From assembly GCF_011045215.1 (NCBI RefSeq), contig NZ_CP049201.1: a stretch of 64,000 bases of DNA; one strand, written 5' to 3'. A program made the translations under genes and the position numbers. The notes beneath the pieces are model-generated. The model was not told the origin of the DNA and ran no database searches. It was given only the letters and a program-made list of their open reading frames with translations. Origin of the DNA: Escherichia coli (GTDB lineage Bacteria > Pseudomonadota > Gammaproteobacteria > Enterobacterales > Enterobacteriaceae). How positions within the stretch are numbered: the stretch's first letter is position 1; each line of letters starts with the position of its first letter. Below are positions 30,200-40,799 of the stretch, piece after piece.

Positions 30200-31033
30200 T
30201 CAACGCATATTCAGTTTATTGGCGTGGTAGGCAATATGCTCGCCAATAAAACTGGAGACAAAATAATAGCTGTGGTCGTAACCCTCGTGATAACGGATTA
30301 ACGTCTTGATATTCATCTCCTGGCAGATCTTTTCAAGATTTTGAGTCCGCAGCTGTTCCGCGTAAAAATCATCACTCAACCCCTGATCAACCATGATTTC
30401 CGCAACGCGTTGACCTTGTGAAATAAGACTCACCGGGTCGTAATCCAACCAGGCCTCTTTATTTTCACCAAGATATGCAGCAAAGGCTTGCTGTCCCCAC
30501 GGCACTTGCGATGGGGAGACAATGGGCGAAAACGCCGAGACGCTGACATATTCATCTGGGTTACGTAACGCCAGCACCAGCGCGCCCAGCCCGCCCATAG
30601 AATGACCAGAGATAGACTTTTTGGCCGTTGCCGGAAAATGTTGCATCACTAAATCCGGCAGCTCGTTGCGGATATAGTCATACATTTTGTAATGTTCATT
30701 CCACGGCGCTTGCGTCGCGTTCAGGTAAAACCCGGCACCTTGCCCGAGATCGTAACGGTCGGCATCTGCGACATGACTGCCTCGCGGACTGGTGTCCGGC
30801 GCAACAATAATAATGTTGTGCTCAGCCGCGTAACGCTGCATCCCCGATTTAGTAATGAAATTCTGCTCATTGCAGGTCAGGCCCGAAAGCCAGTACAGCA
30901 CAGGTAATTTTTCACCTGCAGCTTTTGGTGGGAGATAGACGCCGACATTCATTTCACATTTCAGTGATGCGGAATAATGCCGATACACATTTTGCCAGCC
31001 GCCAAAGCTGGCATGTTTTTCAATGAGTTCCAT
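30200..31033 (-). CDS. frmB: S-formylglutathione hydrolase
   Basis: 277-aa ORF, MELIEKHASFGGWQNVYRHYSASL..., esterase D family with GHSMGG. Confidence 0.93.
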   Translation of the reverse strand: MELIEKHASFGGWQNVYRHYSASLKCEMNVGVYLPPKAAGEKLPVLYWLSGLTCNEQNFITKSGMQRYAAEHNIIIVAPDTSPRGSHVADADRYDLGQGAGFYLNATQAPWNEHYKMYDYIRNELPDLVMQHFPATAKKSISGHSMGGLGALVLALRNPDEYVSVSAFSPIVSPSQVPWGQQAFAAYLGENKEAWLDYDPVSLISQGQRVAEIMVDQGLSDDFYAEQLRTQNLEKICQEMNIKTLIRYHEGYDHSYYFVSSFIGEHIAYHANKLNMR

Positions 31034-31125
31034 CAGTCATTATCTCACGGTTAATCCCCCGGACGGCTGCCCGGGGAGAGTATTAAGAACCCCGCCTGAA
31101 CTGGACGGGGTAAACCAGCGGGAAA

Positions 31126-32265
<1,140 letters not shown>

Positions 32266-32269
32266 TCAG

Positions 32270-32545
32270 CTATTTAAGATAGGCACGAACCAGTTCAATA
32301 GTGTCGTCAACGGATTGGCTGACTTCGCGGCTGTAGCAGTCATTTCGGTCAAACGTTTCCCGGATATGGCTTTCAAGCACTTCTGCCATCAGCCCATTAG
32401 CCGCGCCCCGAACGGCAGCGATCTGTTGGAGTATGGCACGGCATTCGGCATCACCCTCCAGCGACCGTTCCAGAGCATCAATCTGCCCTCGAATACGACG
32501 AACTCGAGTAAGGACCTTTTTCTTCTCTTCCGGAGTACTGGGCAT
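32270..32545 (-). CDS. frmR: Formaldehyde-responsive repressor FrmR (CsoR/RcnR family)
   Basis: Protein [48 protein letters not shown]..., 91 aa. The ORF track starts 7 codons upstream. Confidence 0.9.
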
Positions 32546-32570
32546 TTCGCACCTCATCATCTGCATGCAA

Positions 32571-32622
32571 TATACTATAGGGGGGTATGCTATATGTCAA
32601 TGCATACCCCCCTATAGTATAT
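32571..32622 (-). promoter_or_regulatory. frmRAB promoter/operator: long G/C-tract inverted repeat
   Basis: atactataggggggtatgc ... gcatacccccctatagtat forms a near-perfect palindrome immediately upstream of frmR. Confidence 0.7.
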
Positions 32623-32704
32623 AACACTGGAGAATAATTGTTGTCCGAAGCCTAACCAGGCGAACGGTCCCTCAAGACAGATGGGGACCGTTTATGTGCT
32701 ATTT

Positions 32705-33751
32705 TTATGCCGCATCCGCTAAAACAAACATCCCGTAAGGATGGATTTCGAGGTAATAGTGCTCACCAATATCGGGCTGTAAACGGGTGGCGTTTACTTG
32801 TAATAAAATCTCCTGTCCATGCCACTCTACGGTCACTTCGTACTGCGGCCCCATGTAGGCGACATGGCGAATAACACAACGCTGACTCTCTTCGCCGTGA
32901 TTGCTTAAGGTGATGGCTTCCGGGCGAACGCCGACGGTGCCGCTACCTTGCGCCGGGAAATGCGCCGCGCGCGGCAGGCGATAACCGTAGATATCGACAT
33001 ACTCTTCGCTAAAGTTCGCCGGGAACAGGTTGGCGTCGCCCATAAAACTTGCCATAAATCGGGAGGCTGGCTGACGATAGAGATCCTGCGGTGAGCCAAT
33101 CTGCATGATGTGACCTTTATTCATCACCAGCACAGTGTCGGACACCGCGAAAGCTTCACTTTGATCGTGAGTGACGTAGAGCGACGTGATATTAAACTGC
33201 TTTTGCAGCTCGCGGATCTTATCGCGCATACTGCGGCGCAGGTTGGCATCGAGGTTACTTAACGGCTCATCAAACAGCAGCACCTTTGGCTTGAGGATCA
33301 ACGCGCGGGCCAGTGCCACACGCTGTTGCTGACCACCGGAAATCTGATCGACATAGCGGTCCTCGAAGCCTTCCAGATCCACCATTGCCAGCGCCTCCTT
33401 CACCCGCTGTTTCACTTCGCTACGCGACACGCCAAGCATCTTCAGCCCGTAGCCAACGTTTTCACCCAGCGACATATGCGGGAACAGAGCGTATGACTGA
33501 AACACCATGCAGATATCGCGCTGTTGAATGGAACGATGCGTGACATCTTCGCCATCAATAAAAATTTGCCCTTCGCTCGGTTTTTCCAGCCCGGCAACCA
33601 GACGCAAAATGGTGGTTTTGCCACAGCCGGAAGGACCGAGCAGCGTCACCATTTGCCCTTGTGGAATGGTGAGATTGATATTGTCGATAACCGTATTACT
33701 GCCGAATCGTTTAGTGACGTTGCGCAGTTCAACAAAATTTTTCTGACTCAT
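32705..33751 (-). CDS. afuC: ABC transporter ATP-binding subunit, AfuC/FbpC-type, with a C-terminal TOBE-like domain
   Basis: Walker [13 protein letters not shown] signature [15 protein letters not shown], Walker [12 protein letters not shown]. Start chosen at the second ATG ([12 protein letters not shown]...), which has a GGAG Shine-Dalgarno sequence; the ORF-track ATG at 33763 overlaps the afuB stop as TAATG. Confidence 0.85.
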   Translation of the reverse strand: MSQKNFVELRNVTKRFGSNTVIDNINLTIPQGQMVTLLGPSGCGKTTILRLVAGLEKPSEGQIFIDGEDVTHRSIQQRDICMVFQSYALFPHMSLGENVGYGLKMLGVSRSEVKQRVKEALAMVDLEGFEDRYVDQISGGQQQRVALARALILKPKVLLFDEPLSNLDANLRRSMRDKIRELQKQFNITSLYVTHDQSEAFAVSDTVLVMNKGHIMQIGSPQDLYRQPASRFMASFMGDANLFPANFSEEYVDIYGYRLPRAAHFPAQGSGTVGVRPEAITLSNHGEESQRCVIRHVAYMGPQYEVTVEWHGQEILLQVNATRLQPDIGEHYYLEIHPYGMFVLADAA

Positions 33752-33762
33752 AGTGCGCTCCA

Positions 33763-35841
33763 TTACGCCTGGTTTTTGGCTTTAGAACGGGAGATACGAG
33801 CTTCTCCGATCAGCCAGTCAAAGAGGAAAATAATCGCCAGCATCACCACGATCAGAATCGAACCATAGGCGATGGCTACGCCATATTCGCCGTCTTCAAC
33901 GCGGTTAAGAATGTAGGCGGTTGCCACGCGGGTGTCCGGCGTGACGAGAAAGACGATGGCGCTGACCGTCGTGATGGCCCGCACAAAGCTGTAGATCAGG
34001 GCCGAGAGAATGGCCGGACGCAGCAGCGGCAGTAAAATGTGGGTTATGGTTCGCAAGGAACCCGCGCGCAGGCTGAGTGAGGCTTCATCCAGCGATTTGT
34101 CGATCTGCCCCAGACCCGCAATCCCGGCGCGAATACCCACCGGAACGTTACGCATCACCATCGAGATAATCACAATTGCCGCCGTTCCGGTGAGATAAAC
34201 CGGAGCGCTGTTAAAGGCAAGAATATACGAAACGCCCGCCACCGTACCCGGTACGGCAAAGCACAGCATGGTGGTGAACTCGATGGTCTTTTTGCCTTTG
34301 AATTGTTGACGCACCACCACCCAGGCGATGAGCAGGCCAAAGATAGCGGTAATGGGAGCGGCAATCCCGGCGTAGAGCAGGGTATCCAGCAGTGAAGGCC
34401 ACGCGCCGTCGCTCATTCCCTGACCAAATAGCTTGATAAAGTTATCCAGCGTCAGGGTGTAGTCCACGCCCCAGTTCACCGTGAAGCTGCCGTAGAAAAT
34501 GCTGCCGTAGAGCAGGGCGTTAAAGGCAATCCATATCGCAAGTATGGCGACCACGCTCCACACCAGGGTGACCGGTAGCGGCTGGACGTCGCCACGGTAG
34601 GATTTGCCGGAAACCGTGACGTAAGAGCGTTTACCAATCCACATATACTGGATGCAGAACACCAGCAGCGAGAACAGCAGCAGGAAAGCGCCAAGGGTGC
34701 TGGCGGCCTGATAATCCAGCTGCGAGCCGGTAATATAGAAGTAAATTTGCGTCGCCAGTACGTCGAAGTTACCGCCAAGTACCAGCGGGTTACTGAAATC
34801 AGCCAGTGACTGTACCACGACGATTAAAAAGGCATTGGCGAGTGCGGGCTTTAGCAACGGCACAAACACGCCGTTAAAGGTTTGCCAGCGGCTGGCGCGC
34901 AGGGTGTAGGAGGCCTCTTCCAGCGAGGGATGAATGGTTTTAATGGCCCCGTCGAGGATCATAAATGCCATTGGCGTGAATGCCAGAACCTGTGCCAGCC
35001 AGATCCCGGTAAAACCGTACAGCCAGTTGGTGTTGGTCAGCCCAAACCACTCCACCATAAATTCCGTAACATAGCCGGAGCGCCCCATCATGAGCGTCAC
35101 GCCTAAGCCGACCACAAACGGTGGCGTAACGATGGGCAAAATGGAAAAGATGCGACCAATAATGGCGCTGCGTTTAGCGATGCGCGTGGTATAAATCGCC
35201 AGCACCAGGCCGAAGAAAGTACAGCCTATCCCCACCGCTATCGACAAGACGATAGAGTTGACGATCACCTGAACAATATGTGCCTGCGAGAGCACGGTCA
35301 TAAACGCCAGCGGGGCGAACTCTCCCGCGTCGTTGGTGAACATCGGGATAAAAATGGCGATGCTCGGCCAGACGATAAAAATGCCAATCAGCGCCACAAT
35401 CGCAATCAGTGAGCCGATCACGAAGCGGTCGCCGCCCAGCCATTCGAGGCGGGTTAAGGCCAGCGTCATAATCGCGCCTAGTTCAACAAACAGCACGATG
35501 GCGGCGTAGCCTAAACCGCGTCCAGCCACGGTGGCGCTGATGACGATAAACGCCATACAGAGCAATGCCCAGCTGGCATCAAAATAATGACGACTACGCT
35601 GTTCGCGTGTGACCTCACGAAACGGGCGAACCAGCAACAGACTCGGTAACAAATACCACAGCCAGCTGATATTAAAATGCGACCAGCCATAAGCCTCGAG
35701 GATCTCATCACTCGTGGACTCCAGCAGGCCATAATCGAGGCTCCAGCTCGGCAACAGTATAAATGCCAGCCAGCCCAGCAAAACCCAAAGGAAAATCGCA
35801 TCCCGCTTTTTCACGGGATGGAGTGCAAGTGTCTGTGACAT
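33763..35841 (-). CDS. afuB: ABC transporter permease, fused two-domain FbpB/AfuB type
   Basis: About 692 aa and highly hydrophobic, with duplicated permease halves. Start taken at the ATG giving [14 protein letters not shown]...; the ORF-track start at 35892 is a TTG. Confidence 0.8.
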   Translation of the reverse strand: MSQTLALHPVKKRDAIFLWVLLGWLAFILLPSWSLDYGLLESTSDEILEAYGWSHFNISWLWYLLPSLLLVRPFREVTREQRSRHYFDASWALLCMAFIVISATVAGRGLGYAAIVLFVELGAIMTLALTRLEWLGGDRFVIGSLIAIVALIGIFIVWPSIAIFIPMFTNDAGEFAPLAFMTVLSQAHIVQVIVNSIVLSIAVGIGCTFFGLVLAIYTTRIAKRSAIIGRIFSILPIVTPPFVVGLGVTLMMGRSGYVTEFMVEWFGLTNTNWLYGFTGIWLAQVLAFTPMAFMILDGAIKTIHPSLEEASYTLRASRWQTFNGVFVPLLKPALANAFLIVVVQSLADFSNPLVLGGNFDVLATQIYFYITGSQLDYQAASTLGAFLLLFSLLVFCIQYMWIGKRSYVTVSGKSYRGDVQPLPVTLVWSVVAILAIWIAFNALLYGSIFYGSFTVNWGVDYTLTLDNFIKLFGQGMSDGAWPSLLDTLLYAGIAAPITAIFGLLIAWVVVRQQFKGKKTIEFTTMLCFAVPGTVAGVSYILAFNSAPVYLTGTAAIVIISMVMRNVPVGIRAGIAGLGQIDKSLDEASLSLRAGSLRTITHILLPLLRPAILSALIYSFVRAITTVSAIVFLVTPDTRVATAYILNRVEDGEYGVAIAYGSILIVVMLAIIFLFDWLIGEARISRSKAKNQA

Positions 35842-35909
35842 AGCAGTTCCGGTATGGTTGGCCGGGGCAGGCGTTTGTGCTGCACCCGGCAAATACGCCT
35901 AATGCGGGT

Positions 35910-36941
35910 TTATTTACCCATCTTCACTTCGCTGACCCATTTATTAATCAATGCCTTACGAACATCCGTGGAACCATATTTATCCATGTCGTAGTTGATT
36001 AATTTCAGGTCGTCGAGCTTCAGCGAATTTGGCGACGTTTCGGCGGTGGTATTGGTCAGGATCTGATAAGACTTCCCTTTCTTCCACGCCAGTTCCTGAG
36101 CTTCTTTTGATAATACCCAGTCCACAAACAGTTTGGCGTTGTCGAGGTTGCGCGCGCCTTTCAGAATGCTGACGCCGCCAATTTCGTAGCCCGTACCTTC
36201 ACACGGGGAAATCAACTCCAGCGGCGCGCCCTGTTCTTTTTCCAGCGAGTAGTCATGCAGGAAGCCAATACCAATCGCCGTTTCGCCACGGGCGGCGTTA
36301 CGTGCCGGGGCTATGCCTGATTTGGTGTACTGAGAGACGTTGGCGTTCAGTTGTTTTAGATAATCAAAGGCCTGATCTTCCCCCCACAGCTGCGCAAAAG
36401 TAGCCAGGGCGGTGTAGGCAGTACCGGAACTTTGCGGATCGGCAATTTGAATTTCGCCTTTATATTCCGGTTTGGTGAGATCTTTCCAGCACTTCGGCAC
36501 CGGCAGGTTTTTCTCTTTCAGACGATCGGTGTTTACGCCAAAACCGAGGATCCCCACATAAACGGCAGAGGACAGATTCCCTTTCACTTTTGCCGGATCG
36601 CGGAATTTCTCCATGATCTGCTCAAGGTTAGGGGATTTATACGCCTGTAGCAGGCCCATCTCGCCAGCCTGCGATTGCGGGTCTAAAGTGCCGCCGTACC
36701 AGACGTCAGCCTGGGGGTTTTTCTTTTCAGCATCGACTTTTGCCAGGGTGCTTCCGGAACCGTTGCGGATAAACGAGGTTTTTACATCATATTTCTCGCC
36801 AAACGCTTTGGTTTCGGCCTCACACATTTCATTGGTGGCGCTGCAATAGACCACCAGCCGGCCTTTTGCCTGCGCGGCACCCGTTAAAGTCGCCAGCGCA
36901 ACGGCAGAAGCAATCAGAGTAGAGGTAAAGGTCATTTTCAT
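35910..36941 (-). CDS. afuA: Periplasmic substrate-binding protein, AfuA-type (sugar-phosphate/ferric-binding fold family)
   Basis: Start at the ATG at 36941-36939, preceded by AAGGA, giving MKMTFTSTLIASAVALATLTGAAQA-KGR... with a clear signal peptide; 343 aa. The ORF track extends 109 codons upstream with no support. Confidence 0.85.
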   Translation of the reverse strand: MKMTFTSTLIASAVALATLTGAAQAKGRLVVYCSATNEMCEAETKAFGEKYDVKTSFIRNGSGSTLAKVDAEKKNPQADVWYGGTLDPQSQAGEMGLLQAYKSPNLEQIMEKFRDPAKVKGNLSSAVYVGILGFGVNTDRLKEKNLPVPKCWKDLTKPEYKGEIQIADPQSSGTAYTALATFAQLWGEDQAFDYLKQLNANVSQYTKSGIAPARNAARGETAIGIGFLHDYSLEKEQGAPLELISPCEGTGYEIGGVSILKGARNLDNAKLFVDWVLSKEAQELAWKKGKSYQILTNTTAETSPNSLKLDDLKLINYDMDKYGSTDVRKALINKWVSEVKMGK

Positions 36942-38242
36942 TGTTTTATCCTTCGAGCGTGAGTGGTGGTGATGCCCGCCATCAGTAACGGCATCAGCAG
37001 TAAACCCATAAGTACTGCGGCGACCGAGAGTAAACTGAACATTCCCGGCCAGCCGTAGCGTTCGATGACCAGCGACAGCGGCCAGCCTGCCAGCGCCGCG
37101 CCAAGGTAAGCGAACAGGCCGAGAAATCCGGTGATTGAACCCGCCGCAGCTTTGTGCCCACACTCCACCGCCGCAAGTCCAATCAGCATTTGTGGGCCAA
37201 AGACGAAAAAGCCCACGGTAAAAAAGCACACTGCCAGCAGAGCGTAGTGATGAACCGGTGCCAGCCACAGTGCGGCGACTGACACCATCAACCCCAACGT
37301 GAACAGCAAAATCATTGGCGCTCGTTGCCCGCTAAACAGCAAATCCGATCCCCATCCGGCAAATAACGCGCCGAGTAAGCCGCCCACTTCAAACAGCATT
37401 ACCGTGGCGTTGGCGCTGAGCAGGTTGACACCGTGGCTTTCCGTCAGCCAGATATTGCCCCAGTCGTTAAGCGCAATCCGGATCACATAAACCAGTACAT
37501 AAGAGACGCCCAGTAGCCAGATCAGCGGATTTTGCAGCATGGTGGTGCGCAACATTTGCCACAGCCCCATCGGCGGACTTTGTTGTTCCTGACGTAACTC
37601 CAGCGGATCGTGACGCCAGTGACCAACTGTCGGTAATCCCTCTTCCTGGGGCGTGCCTTTGAGTTGTAGCGTTAACCAGATCCCTAATGCCATGCTGATT
37701 ATCCCCGGTGTCAGCATCGCGGCCTGCCAGCCCCACCAGTGGGCGGCAAAGGCGCTAATCAGCGGAATAATCGCTCCGCCAATGTTGATCGACATATTCC
37801 AGCAGCCCCACCAGAAACCGCGCTCATTGCGTGAGTACCAGTGGGTCAGCAAGCGGGCACACGGTGGCCATCCCCAGCCCTGAAAAAAACCGTTCAGTGT
37901 CCAGACCACAAGCAGAAGCGTAAGTGATTCGCCAAAGGCAAACACCACGTTCAATAACCCGGTGGCGAACAAGCCGACGCCCATAAAACCGCGTTGTCCG
38001 TGGCTGTCATGCCACAGTCCGGCGGTAAATTTCGACAATCCGTAGCTGAGATAAAACAGCGAACCCAGCAGGCCAATGTCGCCTTTATCCAGTCCGAGGT
38101 CGGTTTGTAGCGCCGGAAGGACGTAATTCACGCTTTTTCGCGTCAGATAAAATGCGGCGTAGCCAATAATCATGCACATCAGCAATCGCGGACGTAATGT
38201 CCGGTAGCATTGATTAATTTCTCTCGCTGAACGCGCGTGCAT
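36938..38242 (-). CDS. MFS organophosphate:phosphate antiporter-family protein, UhpC-like (probable sugar-phosphate sensor)
   Basis: About 434 aa with UhpC/UhpT-like sequence (...YAAFYLTRKSVNYVLPALQTDLGL...). Its TGA stop overlaps the afuA ATG (ATGA). Start probably at the second ATG (GGAGA Shine-Dalgarno); 38254 is the alternative. Confidence 0.8.
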   Translation of the reverse strand: MHARSAREINQCYRTLRPRLLMCMIIGYAAFYLTRKSVNYVLPALQTDLGLDKGDIGLLGSLFYLSYGLSKFTAGLWHDSHGQRGFMGVGLFATGLLNVVFAFGESLTLLLVVWTLNGFFQGWGWPPCARLLTHWYSRNERGFWWGCWNMSINIGGAIIPLISAFAAHWWGWQAAMLTPGIISMALGIWLTLQLKGTPQEEGLPTVGHWRHDPLELRQEQQSPPMGLWQMLRTTMLQNPLIWLLGVSYVLVYVIRIALNDWGNIWLTESHGVNLLSANATVMLFEVGGLLGALFAGWGSDLLFSGQRAPMILLFTLGLMVSVAALWLAPVHHYALLAVCFFTVGFFVFGPQMLIGLAAVECGHKAAAGSITGFLGLFAYLGAALAGWPLSLVIERYGWPGMFSLLSVAAVLMGLLLMPLLMAGITTTHARRIKQ

Positions 38243-38326
38243 GGTTGTCTCCATGTTGCTGACTATATGAAAATGAAAGTGAAAGGGGATGAGAGAAAAT
38301 CCGGGATACCTAAGACTTTTTCCTGG

Positions 38327-39868
38327 TTATCCGGCGATTTGTTGCAAAAATGTGGGCAAGTTAACAATTACCCGCGTGCCGTGCTGTTTTTCGAGCGTTA
38401 AGTCGCCGCCCAGGGCGCTGACGCGCTCACGCATCCCCTGAATGCCAAATCCGGCCATTTTCCCGCTGGCGATCCCCACACCGTTGTCGCTGACTTCCAG
38501 ATGCAATACCTCTCCCTGCTGGCGCAGGATAATCGTCACTTCGCTGGCTTCGGCGTGTTTACAGATGTTATTGAGCAACTCCTGCAATAACCGATACAAG
38601 GTAAAGCGCACCGTTTCGTTTTCTGGTGTGGAGTTCAGTTGATAGGCAAACTGGCAATGAATGCCGCGTTCACTAAAGGCAAATTCATTAATCAGATGCA
38701 ACAACGCTTCGCGAAATGTCAGTTCATCAAGCGCGGGAGGCCGCAACTGGCGTAGCAATTGGCGGGTGGAGAGATGAATGCGGCGGGCGAGCTCATTGAT
38801 TTGGCTGGCTGCGGATTGAATTTGCGCCGGATCACGCGCCCGCTTCACCAGTTGCGACTGGATCTGAATGGCGGTGATGTTCTGACCGATTTCGTCGTGC
38901 AGCTCTCGCGCCAGGTTTTTTCGCGTGTCCTCCTCGGTGTGGATCAGCTTTTCCGCCAATGCCCGCCGCGCTGCCAGCTCGGCCTCCAGCCGTTGTCGGT
39001 AATGGTGCAGGTTTAGCGCCAGATGTTGCTGGCGACTGATGGCAATGCCCAGGCCAATTCCCAGCAAGGCCTGGGTCGCGAGGAAAATCTCCAGCTCCAC
39101 CAGGTTACTAAAGCCCACGCCAATCTGGCGGGCGATGGTGATCATCATGCTGCCCAAAAGCCCGGAGAGTACGCCACCTTGCCAGCCAAATTTCCACGCC
39201 ATCACCACATTGGGCAAAAAGACCACGATCAACAGCAGACGTTCAATTTCAGGTGACAGCACCATCTGAGTGCCGATACCAATAATAAAAAACAGGCTAC
39301 ACCAGATGATTAAAGAGGTACGCAAGGGGGGATTATGCGTATCGAGTCCCAGGAGCTGGTAGCGATGCTGCTGGCGCAGAAACTCAAAGATAAGATAGAC
39401 AAACGGCGTCAGTAATACGCCGCCGGTAAATGAGGTCAAACCCGGCAGCATTATTGGGCCCGACATAAAAGGGGAGAGCAGGGCGGTATTCAACAATGAA
39501 GCTGCCGTGACAGTGGCTAACAGCAACGTCAGACGCTGCCAGTAAAGTGGAAAACGGTGCCAGAAGTTTTGCGCAAGGAGGACAGGAAACAGGCTAATAA
39601 CCGGCGTTGCCAGCATGAGATAACCGTTCAATAGCTGTTCACTATGGAGCCAGAACATCATCAGCAAAGGGGGGAGCACCAACGCAGGCCAGTAGCGGCG
39701 AGAGAGCAAAATAACAAGGGCGAGATAAACTCCCTGAGGGAGAAACAACACTGCCTGTTGACCGTTATTGGTCAGATAAAAGCTGAGCGTCCACAGCATC
39801 AGCCAGCCGGTTCCCCAGGCCAGCACAATAAACAGCGAAATCACCCAATGACGAAGATTGCGCGACAT
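38327..39868 (-). CDS. Membrane sensor histidine kinase, UhpB-like (MASE1 N-terminal domain, HisKA_3, HATPase)
   Basis: 513 aa with about 8 N-terminal transmembrane helices, an H-box RELHDEIGQNITAIQ, and ATPase motifs DNGVGI...GFGIQGMRERV. Confidence 0.85.
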   Translation of the reverse strand: MSRNLRHWVISLFIVLAWGTGWLMLWTLSFYLTNNGQQAVLFLPQGVYLALVILLSRRYWPALVLPPLLMMFWLHSEQLLNGYLMLATPVISLFPVLLAQNFWHRFPLYWQRLTLLLATVTAASLLNTALLSPFMSGPIMLPGLTSFTGGVLLTPFVYLIFEFLRQQHRYQLLGLDTHNPPLRTSLIIWCSLFFIIGIGTQMVLSPEIERLLLIVVFLPNVVMAWKFGWQGGVLSGLLGSMMITIARQIGVGFSNLVELEIFLATQALLGIGLGIAISRQQHLALNLHHYRQRLEAELAARRALAEKLIHTEEDTRKNLARELHDEIGQNITAIQIQSQLVKRARDPAQIQSAASQINELARRIHLSTRQLLRQLRPPALDELTFREALLHLINEFAFSERGIHCQFAYQLNSTPENETVRFTLYRLLQELLNNICKHAEASEVTIILRQQGEVLHLEVSDNGVGIASGKMAGFGIQGMRERVSALGGDLTLEKQHGTRVIVNLPTFLQQIAG

Positions 39869-40497
39869 TAATGCCCCGCCAGCAGATGGTGGTCGAGCGC
39901 AAAATGTACCAGTTCAATGGTGCTATGGCAGTTCAGTTTTCCCAGCACATTGGCGCGATGCACATGTACCGTTTTATGACTGAGTTCGAGTTTAAAGGCG
40001 ATCTCTTTAACGCTGTCTCCTTTGACCAGTAAATCAAACACTTCACGTTCTCGTGGGGTGAGAATTTCTAGCGCCTGGGCGGGTTGCCCGCCGCCGCGTA
40101 AAGCCCGAATCGCATCGGCACAGAGATAATGCCCGCCCAGCCCGACCGAGCGCACCGCCTGTACTAACTCTTCCGGCCCACAGCGTTTGGTTAAATACCC
40201 GCTGGCACCAGCATCCAGCGCGCTTTGCACAAAGGTTGGCGCGTCATAAATGCTAAGAATAATGGCGCGAAATTGCGGTTTTTGTGCACGCAGGCGCTTA
40301 AGCAAACTGAGGCCGTTTTCGTCCGGCATGGCAATATCAATGACGGCAACATTGACGTCATCACGGATTAATGCCGACCATGCCTGCGCGGCACTACTGT
40401 ACTGACCAATGACCTCCAGATCGTCTTCCAGAGAGAGTAATTGTGCGAAGCCAGAGCGCACCACCACATGGTCATCCACCAGCACTACCCGAATCAT
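39868..40497 (-). CDS. Response regulator, UhpA-like (NarL/LuxR family)
   Basis: 209 aa, MIRVVLVDDHVVVRSGFAQLL... receiver domain plus a C-terminal LuxR HTH (TPREREVFDLLVKGDSVKEIAFKLELSHKTVHVHRANVLGKL). Its TAA stop overlaps the kinase ATG (TAATG). Confidence 0.85.
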   Translation of the reverse strand: MIRVVLVDDHVVVRSGFAQLLSLEDDLEVIGQYSSAAQAWSALIRDDVNVAVIDIAMPDENGLSLLKRLRAQKPQFRAIILSIYDAPTFVQSALDAGASGYLTKRCGPEELVQAVRSVGLGGHYLCADAIRALRGGGQPAQALEILTPREREVFDLLVKGDSVKEIAFKLELSHKTVHVHRANVLGKLNCHSTIELVHFALDHHLLAGH

Positions 40498-40799
40498 ACT
40501 TTTCTTCTCTTATTATCTAATTCTCCTATCATGCATCACGGCGCGGCGCTGGCAATCAACCAGCGACAGATATGGAATGGATGTAACAAAATGGCAATAA
40601 TTTGCCGGAGCGCACACATCTTATCTGGCTTGTGAACCGGCGGGATACGTTCGCCAAAACCGCAAAATGCGCAAACTCGCTAACCATTGCCGATTTTTTT
40701 CTAAAAACGCTTTGTTCTTAACAAGACCTTTTAATTCCTTTATCAAACTGACCCGCAACGAAATACTGCTCCCATAACAAGACAGGGGAGCAGACAATC

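Noticed and set aside
36942-37268. 109-codon upstream extension of afuA in the ORF track (452-aa version)
   Set aside because: The extension overlaps the 3' end of the UhpC-like gene in another frame. The signal peptide and Shine-Dalgarno sequence place the true start at 36941.
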